Shown here one piece after another: positions 32,565-43,135 of a stretch of 64,000 nucleotides of DNA. The DNA is from an uncultured Verrucomicrobiae bacterium. Lineage in GTDB: Bacteria > Verrucomicrobiota > Verrucomicrobiia > Palsa-1439. The position numbers were made by a program, and so were the translations under genes. The DNA lies in the NCBI GenBank assembly GCA_963812605.1, contig CAWEWF010000001.1, positions 96,001-160,000 on the forward strand, read 5' to 3'. Positions within the stretch are counted from its first letter, which is position 1. Every line of letters starts with the position of its first letter. The notes beneath the pieces were generated by a model. That model ran no database searches. It saw only the letters and a list, made by a program, of their open reading frames with translations, and was not told the DNA's origin.

Positions 32565-34529
32565 CTATTGTGTTACCGGCTTCGTCCCATCGGCAGCCGG
32601 TGCCGCAGGCTGATTCGTCGAATTCGTGGAAGGCGCGGGCGCATTGGTCGCGCCATTCGATGCCGGTGGGGCAATTCCCGCCGGCGCTTCTACCATCGGC
32701 TTCTTCGCCCAGCGAGCGTAGTCGGCAAAGAGGATTTGTTGGTTTTCCGGCGGGACGACAATATAGGCTTTGAGGGGGAAATCCGACCGAATTTGGCCCT
32801 GGATCAGTGCTGCCCAGCCCTTAAACTCACCTTTCATGATTTCGCTCTCTCGCTTGCCATCGAGGAAGTAGGGCGTGAGCATCATGAATTGAACACCTTT
32901 GGGCGTGACGAAATCGTTAATCTCGTAAAACTCATCAATGGACATCGGCAACCACACGGCGCGGCGGTCACCATCCCAGGCCATGGACCAGGGAAGGTCG
33001 CTGCAGCCCAGTTCATTGGGCTGGAAGAGGCCGGCAACCCAGCGCGTGATTGGTGGAATGTATGGCGGGTACGGGAATTGGCTGGGCCGGGGCGGCAACA
33101 TCGTGAAGATCATCGGCGAAACATTCAACGCGGCGAACGCGCCGATCGCCAGCGCGCGGGTCAACTTGATGCGAAAAGCAATGCGATCCAACAACAGGTA
33201 GAAAAACGCTACCCCAAAGATTGCAACGAGCGGCAGGAACAGCACGAGCAAATTGCCGCCATTCACATCGGGGCTGGTGCGCTCGGGATCCGAGCCGATC
33301 AGCGACATGGCAACGATGGCGGCCGCAAGCCCTCCCAGCAACACGCCGCGCAATCGCGTCGCATCGGGCCGACGGAAACCGTACATCAGGCCCACGCCAA
33401 AGAAAAATACCAGAAAGTCGGAACCAATAAGCCGCAGGTTGGCGAGTAGATTCTGACGCGCGCTGCCCAAAAACTTTGAGGTCAGGGACCGGAGGGAGTA
33501 GGCGTCAGTAAAGTCCGGCTTATAGGAGCGTTGCAGCGCCTCGCCCTGAATGGCTCCGGAACGCTCGATCAGCTCGTATTTGGCCACGCCGATCAGACTG
33601 CCGGAGACCCGCTCGTTGCGCACCAACCATGGGGTGATGACGGCCAGGAACACCGCCACATATACGCCGGCCCACAGGGCGGCCGTGCGACGGCGAAAAA
33701 TGCTCGCTGCATAGATTGTCAGCGGGACCAGAAAGAAACCTGCCAGGTACCGTGTCAGAAAGCACAACCCCAACAACACCGCGCTGCCAATAACCAAGGC
33801 CATTACCGCACCCGGCACTCCCGCCGGCGCAACGCGGGGCGCCGCGTCCCCCGCCGGTTCGGGTGGATTCAGGCGGCCGTCGGCCAGGAACAAACAGTAC
33901 ACTGACAGCAGCAGTAGCAACAACAGCAGGTTCGTTGGCAATCCCGATACACCGTACGACCACAGCGTATCGGAGAAGAGCATCAACCACCCCACCATGG
34001 CCGCGACACGACCGTCAAAGAGTTGCTTGGCCCAGAGGTACGTGATCAGGATGCTTGCCAACAGACAAAGCTGGCTGAAGGGCAGAATGATCCAACGTTC
34101 GGCGGGAAAGATGTGGTCAACTTCATTGTACTTGAACATGCTCTTGGGCAGTATCTTGAACAATTCCGCCAGTACGAACGGATAGAGCGGCGGATTGGAA
34201 ATGTCGGGAAGCTGGTTGATCAGCCGATCGCGTGTGTCTTTGTCTTGAATGTCCCAACCGTGCTGTTCCAGTTGCCAAAGGCTCAGGGGGCGGATCACAT
34301 GTGTCGTAAAGCCTTCGCCGCGGGCAAGGTTGCGCGCCAACTGTGCCATGTCGATCGCTTCGCGCTTGCTGAGGCCGCTGCGGAACTGGCTGGCGGAATA
34401 GATGAGGCACAGGGTGGCCGCCAGCAGGACCAATAACACCCACTGGATGACCTTCTTGCCACGCCCCATCTCAATTTGAAAAACCGCCGACTGAACCGAT
34501 GTTTCGGGTGCCCCTGTTGGTCGCGCCAT
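32565..34529 (-). CDS. GT-C fold membrane glycosyltransferase (ArnT/PMT-like)
   Basis: Multi-TM; QLARNLARGEGF, PPLYP, LGLCFLTRY, PWLVRN; start uncertain. Confidence 0.7.
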   Translation of the reverse strand: MARPTGAPETSVQSAVFQIEMGRGKKVIQWVLLVLLAATLCLIYSASQFRSGLSKREAIDMAQLARNLARGEGFTTHVIRPLSLWQLEQHGWDIQDKDTRDRLINQLPDISNPPLYPFVLAELFKILPKSMFKYNEVDHIFPAERWIILPFSQLCLLASILITYLWAKQLFDGRVAAMVGWLMLFSDTLWSYGVSGLPTNLLLLLLLLSVYCLFLADGRLNPPEPAGDAAPRVAPAGVPGAVMALVIGSAVLLGLCFLTRYLAGFFLVPLTIYAASIFRRRTAALWAGVYVAVFLAVITPWLVRNERVSGSLIGVAKYELIERSGAIQGEALQRSYKPDFTDAYSLRSLTSKFLGSARQNLLANLRLIGSDFLVFFFGVGLMYGFRRPDATRLRGVLLGGLAAAIVAMSLIGSDPERTSPDVNGGNLLVLFLPLVAIFGVAFFYLLLDRIAFRIKLTRALAIGAFAALNVSPMIFTMLPPRPSQFPYPPYIPPITRWVAGLFQPNELGCSDLPWSMAWDGDRRAVWLPMSIDEFYEINDFVTPKGVQFMMLTPYFLDGKRESEIMKGEFKGWAALIQGQIRSDFPLKAYIVVPPENQQILFADYARWAKKPMVEAPAGIAPPASNGATNAPAPSTNSTNQPAAPAADGTKPVTQ

Positions 34530-34560
34530 GTGTATGCTCCTGTTGTCTTTTCGCTCTTCC

Positions 34561-35922
34561 CTAAAGGTTCTCGATGCCGTATTCCTTCAACTTCCGATGC
34601 AGCGTGCGCCGGCTGATGCCGATTCGTTGCGCCGCTTTCGTGCGATTGCCGTTCGTCTCTTTCAATGCCTGGACGATCAACTGCCGTTCCGCGTCCCCGA
34701 CCGTCATGCCCGCGCGCACGACATTGATCTTCGTCAGGTCCGCGCCGCCGCGGATCGCCGCCGGTACGTCGCGGACCGTCAGGCGCTCGGTGCGGGCCAA
34801 GACAACCATCTGCTCGATGGCGTTGCGCAACTCCCGCACATTGCCGGGCCAATCGTATGCCAGCAGCATGTTAAGTGCCTCCGGCGTCAGCTCGCGCACC
34901 TGCTTGCCGTTTTCACGGCTAAATTCATCCAGGAACGACTTTATCAACAAGGGGATATCTTCCCGTCGGTCGCGCAACAGCGGCAGGTCCACCGCCACGA
35001 CGCTCAACCGATAGAACAAATCATCGCGGAACTTGCCCTCGGTGACCAGCTTTTTCAAATCCTTGTTGGTGGCCGCCACGAGGCGCACATCCACCTGCAA
35101 CGTTTTGGCGCCGCCCACCCGCTCGAAAGCCCGTTCCTCGAGCACGCGCAGCAATTTAACCTGGATGGGCGGTTCGAGCTCCCCAACCTCGTCGAGGAAC
35201 AGAGTTCCCCCATCCGCCAGCTCAAATCGTCCAACCCGTCGTTCCACTGCCCCCGTGAACGCCCCCCTCTCGTGCCCGAATAACTCGCTCTCCAGCAGCG
35301 AAGTCGGCAGCGCCGCCGCATGGACGGCGATGAACGGCCCGTTTTTGCGGGGACTGAGATTGTGAATGGCCTTCGCGATCAACTCCTTGCCCGTGCCTGT
35401 CGCGCCGCTGATCAATACCGTGGCGCGGCTGGGCGCGACCTGTTGAATGGTCTCGAAGACCTGGCGCATCGACGCCGATTCGCCGATGATGTTCTCCATG
35501 CCGTATTTCCGGTCAATTTGCTCGCGCAGATTGACGTTCTCGGCGGCGACGCGGCGGCTGTCGAGCGTCCGCTGGATGACCAGTTCGAGTTCATCGAGGT
35601 TCACCGGTTTCGTGACGTAATGATACGCGCCCGCCTGCATCGCCTGCACGGCGCTTTCGATCGATCCATAGGCGGTCATCATGATGCACACCGGCGGATT
35701 GCTCAGCGACAAGGCCCGGCGCAACAAGCCCATGCCGTCCCCGCCAGGCATGCGCAGGTCCGTCAGCAACACGTCCACGGGCGTGGATTCCAGCGTCTTC
35801 ATGGCTTTCTGCGAGTCTTCTGCCAGCAATACGTCGTAACGATCCTGCAGGGCGCGTTGCAGACCCTCGCGGGTATTGCGCTCGTCGTCGACGATCAGGA
35901 TCGTTGACCGTTTCGCCGTCAT
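34561..35922 (-). CDS. Sigma-54-dependent response regulator (NtrC family)
   Basis: Receiver [38 protein letters not shown], Fis-type HTH. Confidence 0.96.
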   Translation of the reverse strand: MTAKRSTILIVDDERNTREGLQRALQDRYDVLLAEDSQKAMKTLESTPVDVLLTDLRMPGGDGMGLLRRALSLSNPPVCIMMTAYGSIESAVQAMQAGAYHYVTKPVNLDELELVIQRTLDSRRVAAENVNLREQIDRKYGMENIIGESASMRQVFETIQQVAPSRATVLISGATGTGKELIAKAIHNLSPRKNGPFIAVHAAALPTSLLESELFGHERGAFTGAVERRVGRFELADGGTLFLDEVGELEPPIQVKLLRVLEERAFERVGGAKTLQVDVRLVAATNKDLKKLVTEGKFRDDLFYRLSVVAVDLPLLRDRREDIPLLIKSFLDEFSRENGKQVRELTPEALNMLLAYDWPGNVRELRNAIEQMVVLARTERLTVRDVPAAIRGGADLTKINVVRAGMTVGDAERQLIVQALKETNGNRTKAAQRIGISRRTLHRKLKEYGIENL

Positions 35923-37103
35923 TTTGCGGCGGCCTCATGCCGCGATGCTTCCAACAAACGCGTGCGCTTTTCGTGGATGGGCAGCTTGATCCGAAACGTC
36001 GTGCCCCGGTCCTTGTCGCTCTCCACCTCGATTGTGCCGCCATGCTCGCGCACGATCCGCTGCACGATCATCAGCCCGAGCCCCGTCCCCTTCTCCTTCG
36101 TGGTGAAGTACGGCTCGAAAAGCTGGCCAATGTCCTCCGGGGCGATGCCGTGTCCGCTGTCGATGAACGAGATGATTACGTGTGTCGGATTCGTTTCCGT
36201 GCGGATACGCAGGATTCCCCCGGAGCGCATTGCCTGCAGCCCATTTCGGATGACATTGTAGAACGCCTGCTTGAGTTGGGCCCGGTCCAGCAGGAGGCGC
36301 GGCAATCCCGGCGTCAACTCCTGCTCGACAAGGATGTCGCGGTCGCCAATCTCGCGCTCCAGCAACGTCAGCGTGTCAGCAATCACCTCATTGACCGAGG
36401 CTGGCTGCAGTTGTGGTTGCGTTGGCCGAATCGCCTGGAGGAATTGGTTGATGATCTGGTCGAGGCGGGCAATCTCGTTGCGGGCTACGCGCAGATTCTC
36501 CCGCAGCCGTTCGCCCTCCGCCGTGGGCAGTTTCTTCAACTCGCGCTCCATGAGTTGCAGATGAATGTTGAGCGAGTTCAGCGGATTGCCGATTTCGTGC
36601 GCCACCCCCGCGGCCAGCAAAGTGATCGCCGAAAGTTTCTCCGACTCGATGGCGCTCGCGGTGCGGTGATGGGACTCCGTCACATCGCGCAAGATGATCG
36701 CCATGCCCGTGACCACCGAATTCTGCTCGTCGGCAACGGGCACGATATAAAAACTCAGGAAACGTTGCTGCGGATAGAAGACTTCCAATTCCTGGCTGAA
36801 CACTTTTCGCCACTCGTCCTTGTCCGCGGACCAGATTTTCTGCCAGTCAATATCACGAAGATAATTCGCGAGCGGTTCGCCCACAGCCCGCTCGGCGTCG
36901 ATGCCGAGCAGTTGGCCCCCGGCGGCATTGACATACGTGATGCGACCCTCGGCGTCGGTGACGATGACCCCTTCCTGGATCGTATTGAAAAGCGTTTCCA
37001 GAAAACCCTTCTCGCGGGCCAGTTTCAGCACGACGCTCTGCAAGCTCTGCGGGTCAACCCGCTCAATGCGACCGATCAACTTATCGAGAAAGGATGTCTT
37101 CAC
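35919..37103 (-). CDS. PAS sensor histidine kinase
   Basis: AHEIGNPL H-box, DSGHG, FTTKEKGTGLGL; start uncertain. Confidence 0.93.
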   Translation of the reverse strand: MKTSFLDKLIGRIERVDPQSLQSVVLKLAREKGFLETLFNTIQEGVIVTDAEGRITYVNAAGGQLLGIDAERAVGEPLANYLRDIDWQKIWSADKDEWRKVFSQELEVFYPQQRFLSFYIVPVADEQNSVVTGMAIILRDVTESHHRTASAIESEKLSAITLLAAGVAHEIGNPLNSLNIHLQLMERELKKLPTAEGERLRENLRVARNEIARLDQIINQFLQAIRPTQPQLQPASVNEVIADTLTLLEREIGDRDILVEQELTPGLPRLLLDRAQLKQAFYNVIRNGLQAMRSGGILRIRTETNPTHVIISFIDSGHGIAPEDIGQLFEPYFTTKEKGTGLGLMIVQRIVREHGGTIEVESDKDRGTTFRIKLPIHEKRTRLLEASRHEAAAK

Positions 37104-37236
37104 GGATGTTTGGAATGAGTGCGATTGTGCAACTACGTCACGGTTTGGAATGCTTTCGCCTTTGACAGGCCCGGTTGCGTGTGCCAACATGACGCTAAAT
37201 CTAAACATTTTCAAGCGTAAATCTTGGGAACTCTAA

Positions 37237-38454
37237 ATGAATATTGATGCGGTCTATAAGAGCTTGCTCGTTCCGAATGATTCCAAACTCGCACTGGTTG
37301 TCCTGGACGGGCTTGGCGATATTGCCACGGAATCCACGGGTTTTCGGACACCTCTCGAAGCCGCCCGCACCCCGAACCTCGATGCCCTGGCCAAACGCTC
37401 GGCGCTGGGCCGCATGATCCCCGTCGCCCCGGGTATTACACCCGGCAGCGGCCCCGGACATCTCGGGTTGTTCGGTTACGATCCGCTGGAATTCGAAGTC
37501 GGCCGCGGCGTTATCGAAGCCCTCGGGTTGGGCATCGATCTCAAGCATGGCGACGTTGCCGCGCGCGCGAATTTCTGTTCGCTCGACGCCAAAGGCATCG
37601 TGACCGACCGCCGCGCGGGGCGCATTGACACCAGGGTTTGCGAAGCGCAGTGCGCGTTGCTCGCCGGCAAGATCAAGAAGATCGGCGATGTCGAGGTGAT
37701 CATCAAACCCGGCAAAGGCCACCGCTTTGTCGTCGTGTTCCGGGGCAAGGGACTCGAAGGCCCGTTGAACGACAGCGATCCGCATCGTGAAGGGTTGCCC
37801 ATTGCCGTCGTCAAGCCGCAGAACAAATCCGCCGGGGCCGTGAAGACGGCGAAGGTCATCGCGGCCTTCTACAAACAGGCGCTGCCATTGCTGAAGGACT
37901 GCAAGCCGGCCAATGGCTTTCTGCTTCGCGGCATCGCGCATCAACCGAAGATTCCGCTCTTCGCAGACCGTTACGGGCTCAAGGCCGCGGCGATCGCCAT
38001 CTACCCGATGTACAAAGGTCTCGCCCAACTCGTTGGCATGAAGAAAGTCGAGGGCCCATCGACCGTGCTGCAGGAATTCGAGGCCGCCGTCGATGCCCTC
38101 AAGGCCTACGATTTCGCTTTCATCCACGTAAAGGGGACGGACATGTATGGTGAGGACGGCAATTTCGACGGGAAGGTCAAGGCCATCGAGGAAGCCGATG
38201 CCGCGCTCAGCGTACTGCTGCCGGAAGTGGATGTGTTGGCCATCACCGGTGACCACAGCACCCCCGTGCCGGTGAAGGGACACAGTTGGCACCCGCAACC
38301 CGTGATGATCTGCGGTGAACTCGCCGGCTGGGATGGCCAGGACCGTTTCACCGAACGCACCGCCAACGCCGGCTCCCTCGGCGTCTTCGAAGCGAAGTAC
38401 CTCATCCGCTACCTGCAAGCCAACGCGAAGCGGTTGGATAAATTCGGGGCGTAG
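37237..38454 (+). CDS. apgM: 2,3-bisphosphoglycerate-independent phosphoglycerate mutase (ApgM type)
   Basis: LDGLGD, TPLEAARTPNLD, PGSGPGHL, GDHSTP, HSWHP. Confidence 0.92.
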   Translation: MNIDAVYKSLLVPNDSKLALVVLDGLGDIATESTGFRTPLEAARTPNLDALAKRSALGRMIPVAPGITPGSGPGHLGLFGYDPLEFEVGRGVIEALGLGIDLKHGDVAARANFCSLDAKGIVTDRRAGRIDTRVCEAQCALLAGKIKKIGDVEVIIKPGKGHRFVVVFRGKGLEGPLNDSDPHREGLPIAVVKPQNKSAGAVKTAKVIAAFYKQALPLLKDCKPANGFLLRGIAHQPKIPLFADRYGLKAAAIAIYPMYKGLAQLVGMKKVEGPSTVLQEFEAAVDALKAYDFAFIHVKGTDMYGEDGNFDGKVKAIEEADAALSVLLPEVDVLAITGDHSTPVPVKGHSWHPQPVMICGELAGWDGQDRFTERTANAGSLGVFEAKYLIRYLQANAKRLDKFGA

Positions 38455-38469
38455 AATGATCTGCTTACC

Positions 38470-39141
38470 CTACTCCATCTGCGACTCTACAAATTTTTCA
38501 AGAACGTCGATTCTTTCTTCATCCTCTACGACGATGAGAAGCTTTCGTTTTGGCAGGAGTTCCCATGGAGGCGACGTAAACACATTTCGTATTTCTTCCT
38601 CTTGGTTGGTGCTATTCTCATCAACCAGTTCCGGCCGTATTTTATAAACCCTCGCGACGTAACGGGGACATCGCAATTCAATTCCATCCTGCGTTACGTG
38701 CATTTTCAGGTTGAAAAGTGCGGCTACATACCGGACACAATCTATCAGAGGCACATTACGCAGAGAAAGTGTGGCGGTCCGGTCAGTTTGTGAACCACAC
38801 TGTTGAACACGACCGTACTGTTCTTCCATGTGTTCTCGAACCTCGGCATCGACGTTTGTTGGGATTGCTAATGCTGGTGTGCTAGCGTCAACAAAGAACT
38901 GGATCCCTTTTTCGTCTGGCGAGAGTTTCGTTGTTTTGATTGAAAGAAAACCTAGGATTTCACTGAGAGTTGCATTCGTGTAATTGACCTCCGGAAGCGT
39001 GATCGCTTGCGCCCGCTGCCAAATTCCATTGATTGCGCGTTGTGTTTGGTTTGAGTCATCAGCTGAGGCTTCCGTTAGCCCACTAACTGATACGACTACC
39101 ATTGCGATACATATCCTGTTTCGCAGGACTTGAAACTTCAT
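38470..39141 (-). CDS. Hypothetical secreted protein with secretin N-terminal (STN)-like segment, AT-richer
   Basis: Signal peptide; LPEVNYTNATLSEILGFL...TLSLRNVPL pattern. Confidence 0.55.
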   Translation of the reverse strand: MKFQVLRNRICIAMVVVSVSGLTEASADDSNQTQRAINGIWQRAQAITLPEVNYTNATLSEILGFLSIKTTKLSPDEKGIQFFVDASTPALAIPTNVDAEVREHMEEQYGRVQQCGSQTDRTATLSLRNVPLIDCVRYVAALFNLKMHVTQDGIELRCPRYVARVYKIRPELVDENSTNQEEEIRNVFTSPPWELLPKRKLLIVVEDEERIDVLEKFVESQME

Positions 39142-39144
39142 GGA

Positions 39145-39774
39145 TTACTCTCCGCTGAACTGCCGGTCGCCGGCGTCGCCCATGCCGGGGACGATGTAAC
39201 CGCGGTTGTTCAGGTGGGAATCGATCGTGCCAAGATAGATTTCGACGTCGCGGTGCGCTTCGGAAAGTTTGTGGATGCCTTCGGGCGCGGCGAACAGGCC
39301 GAGGTACTTGATCTTCTTGGCGCCCCACTTTTTCAGTCGCGCGACGGCGACGCAGGCCGACCCGCCCGTGGCCAACATGGGGTCGAGCACGAACACGATG
39401 TCGACCGGTTTGTCTTCAGAGAAGCGGCTGTAGTACTCGACCGGCTCCAGCGTTTTCTCGTCGCGGAACAGGCCGAGGTGGTACACGCGCGCTTCCGGCA
39501 GAAACTCCAGGATCCCATCCACCATCCCGAGCCCCGCGCGCAAAATGGGCACGAGCCCGACGCTCGCGCCGACGTGCGCGCCGGTCGTCTCCGCCAGGGG
39601 CGTCGCCACCTGCATGGTTTCCTGCGGCAAATCGCGCGTCGCTTCGTAGAAGAGAAGCACCGACAACGCGCGGATACGACTGCGAATGACAGCGCGGTCG
39701 GAATCCTTGTCGCGGATATCGGTCAGGAAACTTTGGGCCAGGGGGTGATTCAGGACATGGGCTGTCTCGCGCAT
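39145..39774 (-). CDS. upp: Uracil phosphoribosyltransferase
   Basis: PILRAGLGM, DPMLATGGS, YIVPGMGDAGDR. Confidence 0.97.
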   Translation of the reverse strand: MRETAHVLNHPLAQSFLTDIRDKDSDRAVIRSRIRALSVLLFYEATRDLPQETMQVATPLAETTGAHVGASVGLVPILRAGLGMVDGILEFLPEARVYHLGLFRDEKTLEPVEYYSRFSEDKPVDIVFVLDPMLATGGSACVAVARLKKWGAKKIKYLGLFAAPEGIHKLSEAHRDVEIYLGTIDSHLNNRGYIVPGMGDAGDRQFSGE

Positions 39775-39808
39775 CGCGACCACCAGTGTAAAGGGCCGAG
39801 CGAATTTT

Positions 39809-41020
39809 TCAAGCGGAGAAACGAATCGCCCGGACCGGATGCCCTCGCGGAATGGTCGTCTCCTCGGGGACCTCCACGAGACAATCCGCGTTCGCCAGCG
39901 ACGAGATCACATGCGAACCCTGGCGCGGCATCGGTTTCGCCAACCACTTCTCGCCGTCCCGCCCCAGCGTCGCCCGCATATAGTGCGCGCGGTCGCCGCC
40001 ATTCACGAAATCCTCCGCGGCCTCCGCGGTCACCGTCGGCAGGTCGATCTCCGCCAGCCCCCGCATCTTGAGCAACGCCGGGCGCACCAGGATGAGAAAT
40101 GTCACCGTGGCGCTGACGGGATTGCCCGGCAACCCGAATACCAGCTTGTCACCGCGCGTGCCGAACACGAACGGTTTGCCGGGGCGCATCGCGATCCTCC
40201 AAAACTTCTGTTCGCACCCCAATTCCGCCAGCACGTCCTTCACGAAGTCATATTCGCCGACGGAAACGCCGCCGACGGTAATCACCGCGTCACATTCACT
40301 CAGGCCATAATCGATCTTCTCGTGCAAATCCTCGCGCGTGTCGTCCGCGATGCCGAGCTCGACCGGTTCGCACCCGGCCTGCTTGACCAGGGCGCAAAGC
40401 GCATAACTATTCGCGTCATAAATCTGGCCGGCGCGCAATGATCGCCCCGGCTCGACGATTTCCGCCCCGGTTACCAGCACGCCCACGCGCGGTCGCGGGC
40501 AGATGGCAAGTTGTGCAAGGCCAACCGCTGCCGCCATCCCCAGTTGCGCGGCGCCAATCACCCCGCCGGCGCGCAGCACGATCTCGTCTTTCGTCACGTC
40601 ATCACCGGCGCGACGGATATTCTCGCCCAGCTCCACCGATTCTTCGACCGCGATGTATCCCTCATGGTGCGGTCGCGTATCCTCCTGCATCACCACCGCG
40701 TCCGCGCCCTCGGGAATCGGCGCGCCCGTGAAAATGCGCGCGCACGCCTGCGGCTCCAATCGTTCGCCCGCCGCCGCGCCCGCGGGCACCGTGGCGGTTA
40801 CGCGCAAATGAATCGGGCTGTCCTCATTCGCATCCGCCACGTCGGAAGAATGCACCGCATAACCGTCCACCGCGCTGTTGTCCCACAAGGGAAGGTTGAT
40901 GGGCGATACAACGTCCAGCGCCAGCACGCAATCCAAAGCCTCCATCAGGGGCACGGCCTGCGCCGGGCGCGTCCGTACTGCCGATAAAATGATTTCCCGC
41001 GCCGCGGCGACCGCGAGCAT
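39809..41020 (-). CDS. moeA: Molybdopterin molybdotransferase
   Basis: NSAVDGYA, IFTGAPIPEGADAVVMQE, GGVSVG, RPGKP, LPGNPVS. Confidence 0.95.
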   Translation of the reverse strand: MLAVAAAREIILSAVRTRPAQAVPLMEALDCVLALDVVSPINLPLWDNSAVDGYAVHSSDVADANEDSPIHLRVTATVPAGAAAGERLEPQACARIFTGAPIPEGADAVVMQEDTRPHHEGYIAVEESVELGENIRRAGDDVTKDEIVLRAGGVIGAAQLGMAAAVGLAQLAICPRPRVGVLVTGAEIVEPGRSLRAGQIYDANSYALCALVKQAGCEPVELGIADDTREDLHEKIDYGLSECDAVITVGGVSVGEYDFVKDVLAELGCEQKFWRIAMRPGKPFVFGTRGDKLVFGLPGNPVSATVTFLILVRPALLKMRGLAEIDLPTVTAEAAEDFVNGGDRAHYMRATLGRDGEKWLAKPMPRQGSHVISSLANADCLVEVPEETTIPRGHPVRAIRFSA

Positions 41021-41030
41021 TTCGTTGCCG

Positions 41031-41411
41031 CTAGTGGACTTCGTCGCCAACGTGCACCTCTCCCTCCATAATGTCCGCCGTCGCGAACTGCGCCCGCACC
41101 GGTTCCGTAATCCGCACAGCGCCAACCCGCTTGCCATTGCGGTAGATGTTCATGCGCGTTCCCACCGCCGGCATCATCCGCGACGTGAAATCGATCACCA
41201 CAAAATCGTGCTCCGTGTTCAGTGAAACGATCCTGGCGGCGGGAGGCCCCAGTTGCGCGGCAGACGGCCCGGCGTCCAGGTTGTCGGGTCTGGACATCGT
41301 GAGTCCCTGGCAACCCGCGAAAAGCACCGCCGCCGCGAAGCCCGCTAGGGCAACGCGCCTTACTACGGGAGACGGAAACGATCGACTCATCATGATGTTC
41401 ATGGCATCCAC
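41031..41411 (-). CDS. Hypothetical lipoprotein (small beta domain)
   Basis: Lipobox LFAGC; FVVID...GDEV pattern; start uncertain. Confidence 0.6.
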   Translation of the reverse strand: MDAMNIMMSRSFPSPVVRRVALAGFAAAVLFAGCQGLTMSRPDNLDAGPSAAQLGPPAARIVSLNTEHDFVVIDFTSRMMPAVGTRMNIYRNGKRVGAVRITEPVRAQFATADIMEGEVHVGDEVH

Positions 41412-41420
41412 CCGAGAAAT

Positions 41421-41497
<77 letters not shown>

Positions 41498-41547
41498 AAG
41501 CCTTTATTTTACTGGTAAAAATTACTATTCCACTAGCTGTATTTTTG

Positions 41548-41570
41548 TGTTGCAATGCTTTGTTGCAATG
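41548..41570 (+). repeat. 10-bp direct repeat, candidate integrase arm-type site
   Basis: TGTTGCAATG at 41548-41557 and 41561-41570, between tRNA and integrase. Confidence 0.45.
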
Positions 41571-41588
41571 GATAGGATGTTTTTCGTC

Positions 41589-42752
41589 ATGAAAGCCACC
41601 CCAACGACACGCAAGCATCAAAAACTCGTTCATGTTGGCGACTGCCTTTATCGTTCAAGCCGCACCGACGTTTACTATGCGATTTTCCAGCGCGATGGCA
41701 AGCAAGTCAAGCGCAGCCTCAAGACGACCGACCCCGAACTTGCAAAGCGTCGGCGGGAAGTACATCGCCAGAAGGTTGAGCGGCTGAACAGCGACAGCGC
41801 CAAAAACCTGCCGTTTGCCGAATACGACGCTAAGACCAGGGAATTGATCGGTGGGCTTGCAAAGCGATGGATTGAGATTGCCGGCGGCACGATGGAAGCA
41901 AGCAGCCGCGACCGAATGCTTGGCGTGATTAGAAACCTCAACCAACACTTCAGCGGATTGACCGTCCGCAACGTCAACTTGCGCACGTTGGAGCAGTGGG
42001 CAACGGCCCGCCGGGATACCTGCTCCGCCCGCACGTTCAACTACGAACTCGAAACCCTGCGGCGCATCTTGGACTACGGCGCGGAACATGGCATTCTCAT
42101 GGAGAATCCCGCCCGCAAGATCAAACGATGCAAACCTCATAAGAAGCCGATCACCATCCCAACGAAAGAACAATTCCGCAAGATGCTGGATGCCATGCGC
42201 GATAATGGCGGGAAAGCTTCGGCGGACCTGGCCGAAATGCTGGCATACTCCGGGTGCCGCAAGGGGGAGATCGTCGGCGATGCCAAATACTCCAAACCGC
42301 CGATGTTCTGGCGCGATGCGGACTTCGAATTGAAAGTGTTCACTATTACGCGGTCAAAGAACCACGAGCCGCGCACCGTGCCGCTTTTCCCAGCGATGGA
42401 GAATTTCTTGCGGGGGCTACAGGCACGCCGGCCGGCGCCGCCGAAACCAGACGAGCGCATTATCCCGATAGATTCCGCCAAGAAAGCCATCGAGAGCGCC
42501 TGCAAGAAGCTGGGGCTGCCGCAATACGGGCACCACACCTGCCGACACTTCTTTTGTTCCAATGCCATTGAGGCGGGGATTGACTTCAAAGTCATCGCGA
42601 GTTGGTTGGGCCACAAAGACGGTGGCGTCCTGGTCGCCCGCACGTATGGCCATCTGCGCAACGAACACAGCGCAGCGATGGCCAAGCGCATGAACTGGGG
42701 CGCATCCAAAGCCGAACCCGCCAACGTCGTGCCGATGGTGGCGAAGGCGTAA
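41589..42752 (+). CDS. Tyrosine recombinase/integrase
   Basis: Catalytic set intact: SGCR, K (RSKN), HTCRH, LGH, TYGH; N-terminal arm-binding-like region. Confidence 0.93.
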   Translation: MKATPTTRKHQKLVHVGDCLYRSSRTDVYYAIFQRDGKQVKRSLKTTDPELAKRRREVHRQKVERLNSDSAKNLPFAEYDAKTRELIGGLAKRWIEIAGGTMEASSRDRMLGVIRNLNQHFSGLTVRNVNLRTLEQWATARRDTCSARTFNYELETLRRILDYGAEHGILMENPARKIKRCKPHKKPITIPTKEQFRKMLDAMRDNGGKASADLAEMLAYSGCRKGEIVGDAKYSKPPMFWRDADFELKVFTITRSKNHEPRTVPLFPAMENFLRGLQARRPAPPKPDERIIPIDSAKKAIESACKKLGLPQYGHHTCRHFFCSNAIEAGIDFKVIASWLGHKDGGVLVARTYGHLRNEHSAAMAKRMNWGASKAEPANVVPMVAKA

Positions 42753-42773
42753 AGCACAGTGCACATTCTCATC

Positions 42774-42950
42774 TCACTCAGCGCCCGTTTCTTTCAGGAA
42801 TCGTTCAATCTCGCGGAGCGGAAACAGCGGCCGCCGTAAGGCCCGACAAGGCCGCAATAACCCGCGGGCAACAAGCCGGTCAACCGTGATCGGTGTTACG
42901 CCCAGTGCTTTAGCGGTTTCCTGTCGCGTAAGTGCGAGTCGGCTTTCCAT
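42774..42950 (-). CDS. Excisionase-like HTH protein
   Basis: LTRQETAKALGVTPITVDRLVARGLL...FPLREIERFL; convergent with the integrase. Confidence 0.8.
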   Translation of the reverse strand: MESRLALTRQETAKALGVTPITVDRLVARGLLRPCRALRRPLFPLREIERFLKETGAE

Positions 42951-42964
42951 GTTTATTTCCTGCT

Positions 42965-43098
42965 TGGCAGCCATGCCAGACGTTTTATCACTTGCTGCCA
43001 TGAAACTTGTTCCCGAATGGGAACAACATTATCTGCCGGAATGCGCTTTACTCCAGCGCATGGAAAGATTGTACGCCCGACCTCTAACTTGCGTTAGA
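42965..43098. other. Cluster of inverted repeats (candidate oriT or operator region)
   Basis: TGGCAGC...GCTGCCA; TTGTTCCC-GAAT-GGGAACAA (43007-43026); ATGCGCT-N7-AGCGCAT (43041-43061); TCTAAC-TTGC-GTTAGA (43083-43098). Confidence 0.45.
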
Positions 43099-43135
43099 AC
43101 ATTGTGTGCCACCGGGATGACAATCACCTGTACCA

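Noticed and set aside
43007-43026. TGTTC...GAACA as a Verrucomicrobia LexA box
   Set aside because: Spacer is 8 nt rather than 4; kept only as part of the inverted-repeat cluster
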